64,000 nt of DNA, taken from NCBI GenBank assembly GCA_041395265.1, contig JAWLAW010000010.1:36387-100386 (forward strand), written 5' to 3'. The notes under the pieces are model-generated. The model was not told the origin of the DNA, made no database searches, and saw nothing but the letters and a program-made list of their open reading frames with translations. The position numbers and the translations under genes are program-made. Of the stretch, positions 1 through 7,878 are shown one piece after another (the first letter of the stretch is position 1; each line of letters opens with the position of its first letter). The stretch is from Lysobacteraceae bacterium (GTDB lineage: Bacteria; Pseudomonadota; Gammaproteobacteria; Xanthomonadales; Xanthomonadaceae).

Positions 1-513
1 GGCTACGACTTCGCCTGGGGCCTCGAGGCGGTGAAAGCCGAGGATCGCGTCATCCGGCTTCGCGCACTGGACAGGCGCCATCCCTTCACCTTAATCTGTG
101 CGGGATTGAGCGACGTCGGCAGCCTGTCCCGACTGGACAATCAGGCCTTCCGCCTGATCAAGGGGCTGATTCCCGGGCCCATCACGTTCATCCTGCCGAC
201 CTCGTCCTCGCTACCCAAACGTTTGAAGCAGGCCAAGCGCCGCGCCATCGGCTGTCGTGTTCCCGACCATGCCGTGGCCCAGGCGCTGATCGCGGCACAT
301 GGGGCGCCGCTGCTGGTTTCCAGCGTGGTCCTGCCGGAAGAATCGCCGGACAGTCATGATCCGGAAGCCGTGGCCGAACGCCTGCTTCACGGCGTCGACC
401 TGATGCTGGACGCCGACATCTGCCCGATGGGGCCGACCACGGTGATCGACATGAGCGGCGAAACGCCGCAACTGATCCGAGAAGGCGCGCAAGCGCTTGA
501 TTTAACGATCTAG
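1..513 (+). CDS. yciO: YciO/YrdC/Sua5-domain protein (threonylcarbamoyl-AMP synthase family), 5'-truncated by the window edge
   Basis: The frame is open from base 1. The motifs DNQAFRLIKGLIPGPITFILP, RRAIGCRVPDH and GAPLLVSS match the YrdC/YciO fold. It lies upstream of scpAB-rluB, as yciO neighbours rluB in enterics. Confidence 0.75.
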   Translation, partial: GYDFAWGLEAVKAEDRVIRLRALDRRHPFTLICAGLSDVGSLSRLDNQAFRLIKGLIPGPITFILPTSSSLPKRLKQAKRRAIGCRVPDHAVAQALIAAHGAPLLVSSVVLPEESPDSHDPEAVAERLLHGVDLMLDADICPMGPTTVIDMSGETPQLIREGAQALDLTI

Positions 514-683
514 TTTGCCGAACTGCTTCACCGATCCGGTCCGCCGGTTCCGGCAGGCCACTGTCGGTGATCGTGAAGCCCGCGCAACGGCGCACAACCG
601 GCGGTGACTATGTAACCGCTGAATTGGATGCAACCACAGTCCGTCGTGAGGCGGAGCGCGACCCGGAGGGGGTCGAACACTTG

Positions 684-1682
684 ATGAACAGCCAGACCGC
701 GTCGAACGACGCCGACAGCGAGAAGACATCGGACAGCGCAGCCGACGGCAGCAACGTCGCCGCGAACGAGTCCGCGAAGGAATCGGCAAACCCGCAGCAG
801 ATCGAAATGCCGCTGGCGATGGTTCGCGGCCAGCCGATGCTGCAGATCCCGCAGGACCTGTACATCCCGCCGGACGCGCTGGAAGTCATTCTGGAGGCCT
901 TTGAAGGGCCGCTGGACCTGCTGCTGTACCTGATCCGCCGGCAGAACCTGGACATCTTGGATATCCCGGTCGCCGAGATCACCAAGCAGTACATGGAATA
1001 CATCGACGTCATGCAGGAGCTGCGCTTCGAGCTGGCGGCGGAATACCTGCTGATGGCCTCGATCCTGGCCGAGGTGAAGTCGCGCATGCTGCTGCCGCGA
1101 CCGGTCAGCGACGACGAGGAAGAAGGCGATCCGCGCGCCGAGCTGGTGCGTCGCCTGCAGGAATACGAGCGATTCAAGCAGGCCGCTCAGGACATCGAGG
1201 ACCTCCCACGGATCGACCGCGACACGGTAGCCGTCAGCGCCGAAGTGGGCGACCGCCACGTCGTGAAACTGCCGCCGCCGGTGGACCTGCGCGAAATGCT
1301 GCTGGCCCTGCGCGACGTGCTGAACCGCGCCGACCTGTTCAGCCGCCACGCGATCCGTCGCGAGGCGCTCTCGGTTCGCCAGCGCATGGGCGACCTGCTG
1401 CAGCGCCTGGGCGGTGGCGAGTTCCACGCCTTCGTGTCGCTGTTCTCGGCCGAGGAAGGCCGCCTCGGCGTTGTGGTGACCTTCCTCGCCCTGCTCGAAC
1501 TGGCCAAGGAACAGCTGATCGAGGTGGTGCAGGAGAAGCCGCTGGCCGACATCTTCGTGAAGTCGCTGGCCGTGGATACCGACGCCGAGCCAGCCGCCAA
1601 TGACGACAACACCGCTGATGACAGCAGCGCTGATGACAACGCCGCCGAACTTGATCGCGGCATTGACGACGACTACGCATGA
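684..1682 (+). CDS. scpA: Segregation and condensation protein A (kleisin)
   Basis: EGPLDLLLYLIRRQNLDILDIPVAEITKQYMEYI is the ScpA signature. The ORF opens at GTG 567, but ATG 684 (or 807) is a more plausible start. The stop overlaps the scpB start (ATGA). Confidence 0.85.
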   Translation: MNSQTASNDADSEKTSDSAADGSNVAANESAKESANPQQIEMPLAMVRGQPMLQIPQDLYIPPDALEVILEAFEGPLDLLLYLIRRQNLDILDIPVAEITKQYMEYIDVMQELRFELAAEYLLMASILAEVKSRMLLPRPVSDDEEEGDPRAELVRRLQEYERFKQAAQDIEDLPRIDRDTVAVSAEVGDRHVVKLPPPVDLREMLLALRDVLNRADLFSRHAIRREALSVRQRMGDLLQRLGGGEFHAFVSLFSAEEGRLGVVVTFLALLELAKEQLIEVVQEKPLADIFVKSLAVDTDAEPAANDDNTADDSSADDNAAELDRGIDDDYA

Positions 1683-2599
1683 ACGAAACCAACGACGAAA
1701 CGCTGCCGGAAGTGGCCGAAGACGCCGCGAAGGAAGCCGAGAATGCCCCGGTCGAAGAAACACCGGGCGCCGCCGCACCGGATGCCGCAACCATGAAGCG
1801 GATCATCGAGGCCGCGCTGATGGCTGCCGGCCAGCCGCTGACGGTCGCCCAGCTCAGCGAGCTGTTCAATGACGACGAGAAACCGGCCCGCGACGCCATC
1901 GCCCGCGCCCTGCACGAGCTGACCAAAGACTGCGCAGAGCGCGGCATCGAGCTGGTCGAGGTGGCCTCCGGCTTCCGCTTCCAGGTCAAGACCGACCTCA
2001 AACAGTGGGTGTCGCGCCTGTGGGCCGAGCGGCAGACGCGCTACTCGCGCGCACTGCTGGAGACGCTGGCGCTGATCGCCTATCGCCAGCCGATCACCCG
2101 CGGCGAGATCGAGCAGATCCGCGGCGTGGCGGTCAGCAGCAACATCATCCGCACGCTGGAAGAGCGCGAGTGGGTGCGCGTCATCGGCCACCGCGACGTG
2201 CCCGGCAAACCCGCCCTGTTCGGCACCACCAAGGCCTTCCTCGACTATTTCAACCTGAAGAGCCTGGACCAGCTGCCGCCGCTGTCCGAGCTGCGCGACA
2301 TCCCCGAGCTGGAGCCGCAGCTGGCCTTCGACGGCGAGCGCGAAGCCCCGAATGATGGCTCCGACGCCGAAGCCGCCGCGGACACCGGAACGGTGAGCGG
2401 TGAGGACGCGATCGTGGCCGAGATCGACGCCAGCGACATCGATCGCGTCGACGAAACCGACGTTGATGACCCGGACTACCCGGACAACAGCGCATCCCAT
2501 ACCGACAACGAATCCATCGAACCCGAGTTCGATACCGAAGACGATCCTGAACAAATGGATCCGGCGGAAGACGCCGATCCGGAGCAACGCAATGACTGA
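1679..2599 (+). CDS. scpB: Segregation and condensation protein B
   Basis: ScpB winged-helix motifs GQPLTVAQL and LIAYRQPITRGEIEQIRGV are present. It has a strongly acidic C-terminal tail and is translationally coupled to scpA and rluB. Confidence 0.85.
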   Translation: MNETNDETLPEVAEDAAKEAENAPVEETPGAAAPDAATMKRIIEAALMAAGQPLTVAQLSELFNDDEKPARDAIARALHELTKDCAERGIELVEVASGFRFQVKTDLKQWVSRLWAERQTRYSRALLETLALIAYRQPITRGEIEQIRGVAVSSNIIRTLEEREWVRVIGHRDVPGKPALFGTTKAFLDYFNLKSLDQLPPLSELRDIPELEPQLAFDGEREAPNDGSDAEAAADTGTVSGEDAIVAEIDASDIDRVDETDVDDPDYPDNSASHTDNESIEPEFDTEDDPEQMDPAEDADPEQRND

Positions 2600-3986
2600 A
2601 TCATCCCGCCGTCGCCTTTCGCTGAAGACCGGTGACGACAGCAGTACCCCACGCATCGAAGAGCGCCTGCACAAGGTGCTGGCCCAGGCCGGCATTGGCT
2701 CGCGCCGCGCGATGGAAGAACGCATTGGCCGTGGCGAGGTGCTGGTAAACGGCAAGCCCGCCGAACTCGGCAGCAGCGTCCGCAGCGGCGACCGCGTCGA
2801 GCTGGACGGTCGCACCTTCGTCGCCACCGGGCTTGAAGAAGCCTCGCGCGTGCTGGTCTACAACAAGCCGGATGGCGAAGTGACCACCCGTGACGATCCC
2901 GAGGGCCGTCCCACCGTGTTCGACTCGCTGCCGCCGATCCGTGGCGCACGCTGGATCGCGGTCGGTCGCCTCGATATCAACACCACCGGCCTGCTGCTGC
3001 TGACCACCGACGGCGAGCTGGCCAATGCGCTGATGCATCCCTCCAGCGAAGTGCGTCGCGACTATGTCTGCCGCATCCACGGCGAGGTGCAGCCCGAAGC
3101 GCTGGAACAGCTGCTGAAAGGCGTGAAGCTCGACGATGGCCCGGCGAAATTCGACCGCATCGACGACATCGGCGGCACCGACAGCAACAGCTGGTTCCGC
3201 GTCACGCTGAAGGAAGGCCGTTACCGCGAAGTGCGCCGCATGTGGGAAGCCGTCGACCTGATGGTCAGCCGCCTCAAGCGCATCCGCTACGGCAACGTCG
3301 AGCTGCCGGCCAAGCTGCGTCGCGGCCAGTTCGAGGAGCTGAGCGAAGGCCAGGTCGGCGCGATCAAGCGCGACGTCGGTGTTTCCGACGAACACCGCGT
3401 GCTGACCCTGCAGCCGGTGATCGGCCAGCGTCGCGCACGCGGCAGCAGCGAAATGGAGCCGGCGCCGCGACCGCAGCGTGCCTGGACCGCCGGTGGCATG
3501 GCCATGGCTGATGAAGGCCGCGAACTGCGCCGCTTCGACGTGATCCGCGATGACCGCGCGGCGCGCCCGCGGCGCGGCAAGCCGGGCGCGAACAAGGCCG
3601 GTGCCGCCAAGCGCGGCCCCGGCGGCAAACCGGCTGGTGGTCAGGGCCGGAATGCCAAGCCCGGCGGCGGACACGGCCGTCCGGGTGGACATGCAGGCCA
3701 GCCCGGCAATCGCAGCAGCAATCCGCCCGGCAACAGCGCTGGACGCAGCGGCAAGCCGGGCAGTGGTGGCCCCGGCGGCGGCCAGCGTCGTCGCGGCGCC
3801 AAGCCGGGACACGAGGTCAATCCGGCCGAGTTCCGCAGTTGGTATGTGCCGGACGGCGTTGACACCGGTCCGTCGGCACGTCCAAACAAGCCCGGCCCGA
3901 ACAAGTCCGGTCGTGGCAACCAGAGCGGCAACAACAAGGGACGTCCAGGCAATCGCAACCGGCGTGGTGACGGCAACCGGCGCTGA
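2592..3986 (+). CDS. rluB: 23S rRNA pseudouridine synthase B with a long Arg/Gly/Pro/Asn-rich C-terminal tail
   Basis: It has an S4 domain (ERLHKVLAQAGIGSRR) and the RsuA/RluB catalytic motif GRLDINTTGLLLLTTDG. ATG 2592 overlaps the scpB stop. The upstream part of ORF 2400..3986 lies inside scpB. Confidence 0.85.
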   Translation: MTESSRRRLSLKTGDDSSTPRIEERLHKVLAQAGIGSRRAMEERIGRGEVLVNGKPAELGSSVRSGDRVELDGRTFVATGLEEASRVLVYNKPDGEVTTRDDPEGRPTVFDSLPPIRGARWIAVGRLDINTTGLLLLTTDGELANALMHPSSEVRRDYVCRIHGEVQPEALEQLLKGVKLDDGPAKFDRIDDIGGTDSNSWFRVTLKEGRYREVRRMWEAVDLMVSRLKRIRYGNVELPAKLRRGQFEELSEGQVGAIKRDVGVSDEHRVLTLQPVIGQRRARGSSEMEPAPRPQRAWTAGGMAMADEGRELRRFDVIRDDRAARPRRGKPGANKAGAAKRGPGGKPAGGQGRNAKPGGGHGRPGGHAGQPGNRSSNPPGNSAGRSGKPGSGGPGGGQRRRGAKPGHEVNPAEFRSWYVPDGVDTGPSARPNKPGPNKSGRGNQSGNNKGRPGNRNRRGDGNRR

Positions 3987-4092
3987 GTCGGCATCCGGCT
4001 ACCGGGCCGCCAATCCTTGCCGAACCGGTTAGATGGAATGCTCTAGGTGTGGCTGACACGGTGAATCCAGCCCGCACTCACGGAAAACCACG

Positions 4093-4881
4093 ATGCGCCC
4101 TCTGCTAGCCCCGCCCCTGATGGCACTGCTGATGCTCGCCGGCCTGTCCGGCACCGCCAGCGCCGCCGAATACCATGTCCGCGACCGCGATCCGGAGGCT
4201 CTGGCCGCCGCGATCCGCCATGCCAATGCCAGTCCGGAGGCCGACACCATCCACCTCGCGGAAGGTGGCCTGTACGCGATTTTCGCGCCGGCCGATGACC
4301 AGCGCGCACTGCCCGTCATCGAAGGCTATCTGCGCATCGTCGGCCACGGCGCCGCGCTGCGCCGCTACAGCGACCGCCGCGTCAGCCTGATCGAAGTCGC
4401 CGAGGGCGCGGAGCTGCGCCTGCAGCGCCTGTCGCTGGCCGAAGGCGCGCAGGGCGCCATCGCCAACCGTGGCCGCCTGTACCTGGAGGACGTACAGATC
4501 ACCGACTCCACCGCCGCCGAACCGCCGGCCATCGTGATCAACGACGGCGAGCTGTTCGCCAGCCGCTGCGAGTTCAGCTTCAACCAGCTACTCGGCACGC
4601 GCGACATCAGCGGCGCATTGATCAATCGGGGGTTGATGCGCATCAACGACAGCCTGATCGCCGGGAACCGCGTCAGCCGTCAGTCGTCGACGCTGTCCAC
4701 CGGCGCCGTTCTCAACTTCGGCGAGCTGACCATGCAGCGCGTGCGTTTCGAGGACAACCGCCTGACCGACACTGCTGGGGACGATGTACTGGTCGCCGTG
4801 ATCAATGCAGCCAGCGGACAGATCTACGGCGACCTGGACTCCGCTTCCATCCACATGCTCTCGGCGAACAGCCCGTTCTGA
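4093..4881 (+). CDS. Secreted hypothetical protein with parallel beta-helix / PMP-like repeats
   Basis: It has a signal peptide (LMLAGLSGTASA-AE). Coils of about 25-30 aa recur: GAIANRGRLYLEDVQITDS, PAIVINDGELFASRCEFSFN, GALINRGLMRINDSLIAGN, GAVLNFGELTMQRVRFEDN. Confidence 0.6.
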   Translation: MRPLLAPPLMALLMLAGLSGTASAAEYHVRDRDPEALAAAIRHANASPEADTIHLAEGGLYAIFAPADDQRALPVIEGYLRIVGHGAALRRYSDRRVSLIEVAEGAELRLQRLSLAEGAQGAIANRGRLYLEDVQITDSTAAEPPAIVINDGELFASRCEFSFNQLLGTRDISGALINRGLMRINDSLIAGNRVSRQSSTLSTGAVLNFGELTMQRVRFEDNRLTDTAGDDVLVAVINAASGQIYGDLDSASIHMLSANSPF

Positions 4882-4910
4882 GTCGCTTGCTTGCCCAAGC
4901 GGCGTTCCGG

Positions 4911-4949
4911 CCAACAAAAAACCCGGCGTGAAGCCGGGCTTTTTGTTGG
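4911..4949. terminator. Bidirectional rho-independent terminator between convergent genes
   Basis: The sequence ccaacaaaaaacccggc-gtgaa-gccgggctttttgttgg is a GC stem flanked by an A-run and a T-run. Confidence 0.75.
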
Positions 4950-4964
4950 CTCGTAGCCGTCAGC

Positions 4965-5675
4965 TCAATCGATATCGAGCGCGGAGCGGGTCTTCTCGCG
5001 GCGACGCTGGTCAGCCGCCTCGAACTTCGACTCGCAACCGTTGCGCTGGACCATCACGCAGCTCAGGTAGTCGGTGGTCAGCACCAGCGCGGCGCGGATC
5101 GCCTTGCCAGCCGGCGTCTTGTTCTCGTTGGCCAGTGAACCACCGAAACCACCGCGGTACAGGCCGACACTCATGCCGCCGCTCTTCGCCTCACCCTCGA
5201 TGGTGCGCACGAAGTCGATCTCGCCGGTGGTGGAGTTCACCACCCGAATGTCGACGGCGATGTAGGCCTTGCTCTTCTTGCCACCCAGCGAAATGCCCTT
5301 GAAGGCAATGCCGCCGCCCTTGCTCGACGTGCCTTCCTCGTAGGAAGTCACCGTACCCATGACCAGATACTGCGCGCCGGTCAGCTTGCCGATGCGGGCG
5401 CTGGTGGACGACGAGACGCGGCCTGAAGCGCCCAGATCCTGTTCGGCCAGCACCGACTCCAGCTTGCTGCGCTCGACGACGTTGAAGTCACCGGTGGCCG
5501 CTAGCTCGTTGGCCAGCATGCCGGACAGCTCCCAGCCCACGCCGCCACGCCACCAGCCAGCACCGGACTCGTTCTTGAACTCCGCCACGCCGATGCTCGG
5601 CTTCTGTGCCATCACCGCGGCGCTGGCACCCAGCAGCGCGACGCCGAGAATCATCTGCTTGAACAACGTTTTCAT
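4965..5675 (-). CDS. CsgG/HfaB-family periplasmic/outer-membrane protein (orphan)
   Basis: GVAEFKN..GDFNVVERSKLESVLAEQDLGASG is CsgG-family-like. ATG 5675 is preceded by gggag. The signal peptide ends VMA-QK, with no lipobox Cys. Confidence 0.7.
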   Translation of the reverse strand: MKTLFKQMILGVALLGASAAVMAQKPSIGVAEFKNESGAGWWRGGVGWELSGMLANELAATGDFNVVERSKLESVLAEQDLGASGRVSSSTSARIGKLTGAQYLVMGTVTSYEEGTSSKGGGIAFKGISLGGKKSKAYIAVDIRVVNSTTGEIDFVRTIEGEAKSGGMSVGLYRGGFGGSLANENKTPAGKAIRAALVLTTDYLSCVMVQRNGCESKFEAADQRRREKTRSALDID

Positions 5676-5830
5676 GAAGCGATCTCCCGTGTGTTTCACC
5701 CCGAGGGGTCATTCTAGCCCGAAAACCCGACGCAACTGGTCGCCGCCAGCGCCGGTCTCATAGTGGGATACGAACGGCGCGCCGGAAAAGGGACATTCAC
5801 CAGCACTCCGACAGGTTATTTGTGCGCGGG

Positions 5831-6634
5831 TCAAAGGCACAACTCGAAGTCATCGGCATCGCGATAGGCGGGAAAGCGCTGCCGCCAGGCCTCGATATCA
5901 GCGGCGGACAGCGACATCGTCACCGTCGCCGGAACCGGCCCCAACTCCGCCAGCAGTTGGCCGGAGGCATCGATCACGGCGCTGTCACCGGCGTAGTCGA
6001 TGCCGTTGCCGTCGCTGCCGACGCGATTGACGCCGACCACGCAGGCCAGGTTCTCTGTCGCCCGGGCGCGCAGCAGCGTGCGCCAGGCATCGCGTCGCGG
6101 GCGCGGCCAGTTGGCGACGAACAGCAGCAGATCGTAGTCGTAGCGCTCGATCTCGCGATCCCAGCGATTCCGCAGGAACACCGGAAAACGCAGGTCGTAG
6201 CAGACCTGCGGGCAGACGCGCCAGCCGTTCAGCTCGACGATTTCGCGACGTTTCCCGGCCCCGTAGCGCTGGTGCTCGTTGGCCATGCGGAACAGATGAC
6301 GCTTGTCATAGCTGACATGGCTGCCGTCCGGGCGCATCCACAGCAGGCGGTTGAACACGGTATCGCCGTCGCGGATCACCATGCTGCCGGTCACGACAGC
6401 ACCCACCTCGGCCGCCAGCTCGCGCAGCCAGGCGACGCTCACGCCATCCATGGTTTCGGCGCTGTCGACGGCGTCGTTGCTGAAGCCGCTGGTGAAGGTT
6501 TCCGGCAGCACGATCAGATCGGTCTTCCCCGCCAACGCGCGCACCAGGTCGCCGTACAACGCCCGATTCGCAGCGGCATCGTGCCAGACGGTGGACGCCT
6601 GAATCAGGGAAACGCGCAGGTCGGTGCTGGGCAT
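5831..6634 (-). CDS. Carbon-nitrogen hydrolase (nitrilase superfamily, omega-amidase/YafV-like)
   Basis: The E-K-C catalytic triad contexts are LIVLPETF, YDKRHLF and VCYDLRFP. It is paired with a downstream-oriented aminotransferase, as in transaminase/omega-amidase pairs. Confidence 0.8.
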   Translation of the reverse strand: MPSTDLRVSLIQASTVWHDAAANRALYGDLVRALAGKTDLIVLPETFTSGFSNDAVDSAETMDGVSVAWLRELAAEVGAVVTGSMVIRDGDTVFNRLLWMRPDGSHVSYDKRHLFRMANEHQRYGAGKRREIVELNGWRVCPQVCYDLRFPVFLRNRWDREIERYDYDLLLFVANWPRPRRDAWRTLLRARATENLACVVGVNRVGSDGNGIDYAGDSAVIDASGQLLAELGPVPATVTMSLSAADIEAWRQRFPAYRDADDFELCL

Positions 6635-6667
6635 GTCGAATTGTCGGCGTTCGGGCTGGATGGAATT

Positions 6668-7831
6668 CTAGCTGGCCGGCGCGATGGCGCAGAGCTTTGC
6701 GGCAGCGGCGTCCAGCGTGGCGTCGTCCTTGGCGAAGCACAGACGCACCAGCCGTTGCCCCGGCGGCGGTTCCGCATAGAACGGTGACAAAGGAATCGCG
6801 GCCACGCCCTTCTCTTCCACCAGCCAGCGGCTGAAGGCCATGTCGTCCAGATCAGAAATGGCTGAATAATCAATGAGCTGAAAATAGCTTCCATCCACCG
6901 ACGGCAGGCCGAAAGCCGAGCTCGACAGCCCATCACGGAAACGATCACGCTTGGCCCGATAGAAATCCGGCAACTCGCGGTAGTGCTCGGGATGCTGCAC
7001 CAGCATCTCCGCCAGCGCGTGCTGCGCCGGATTGAAGGTGCAGAAGGTCAGGTACTGGTGAACCTTTCGGAACTCGGCGGACAAGGAGGCCGGCGCGATG
7101 CAGTAGCCAACCTTCCAGCCGGTGCAGTGGAAAGTCTTGCCGAAGGAGCTGACCACCAGGCTGCGCGTGGCTAGTGCTGCGTGACGCAGCACGCTCTGGT
7201 GGCCGTGCTCGCCGAAAGCGATGTGCTCATAGACCTCGTCGGAAATCACCCACAGATCGTGACGCTCGGCCAGCGCGGCCAGTGCATCGAGCTCATCGGG
7301 CGTGAACGCCGAACCACAAGGGTTGTGCGGCGTGTTGACGATGATCATCCGCGTTTGCTTGGTGACGGCGGCTTCGATGCGCTCCCAGTCGGGGCGGAAG
7401 CCGGGGTCGGCCAGCGGCACATGCACGGCCCTCGCACCGGCAAGGTCGATGGCCGGTTCGTAGCAGTCGTAGCAGGGATCCAGCACGATCACGTCGTCGC
7501 CGGCGCGGATCAGCGCATGCACGGCAGCGAAGATCGCCTCGGTCGCGCCACTGGTGACGGTAATCTCGGCATCGGCATCCGCAGCATGGCCGTACAAGGT
7601 TTCGGTCTTGGCCGCGATGGCCTGACGCAGCGCCGGGATGCCGGTCATCGGCGCGTACTGGTTGTGTCCGGCGCGCATGGCGCGTTCCAAGGCATCGATC
7701 AACGCCGTGGGCACCGAGAAATCGGGAAAACCCTGCCCCAGGTTCATCGCGCCGTGCTTCGCCGCCAACTGCGACATCACGGTAAAGATGGTGGTGCCGA
7801 CCTTGGGCAACTTGCTGCTGGGGTTGTTCAC
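6668..7831 (-). CDS. PLP-dependent class I aminotransferase (methionine/glutamine aminotransferase YbdL-like)
   Basis: The PLP-lysine motif SSFGKTFHCTGWKVGY and the NTPHNPCG motif are present. The length is 387 aa. Confidence 0.85.
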   Translation of the reverse strand: MNNPSSKLPKVGTTIFTVMSQLAAKHGAMNLGQGFPDFSVPTALIDALERAMRAGHNQYAPMTGIPALRQAIAAKTETLYGHAADADAEITVTSGATEAIFAAVHALIRAGDDVIVLDPCYDCYEPAIDLAGARAVHVPLADPGFRPDWERIEAAVTKQTRMIIVNTPHNPCGSAFTPDELDALAALAERHDLWVISDEVYEHIAFGEHGHQSVLRHAALATRSLVVSSFGKTFHCTGWKVGYCIAPASLSAEFRKVHQYLTFCTFNPAQHALAEMLVQHPEHYRELPDFYRAKRDRFRDGLSSSAFGLPSVDGSYFQLIDYSAISDLDDMAFSRWLVEEKGVAAIPLSPFYAEPPPGQRLVRLCFAKDDATLDAAAAKLCAIAPAS

Positions 7832-7878
7832 GGCAGTTCCAGTTCGAGATGACGCCTAGTGCAGACAAACGCGGGTCA

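Noticed and set aside
528-3812. Long antisense or alternate-frame ORFs over scpA, scpB and rluB: 528..1790(-), 1673..2827(-), 2601..3812(-).
   Set aside because: They are typical high-GC shadow ORFs. They are Arg/Ala/Gly/Pro-rich with no recognisable motifs, and they fully overlap genes with clear family signatures on the other strand.
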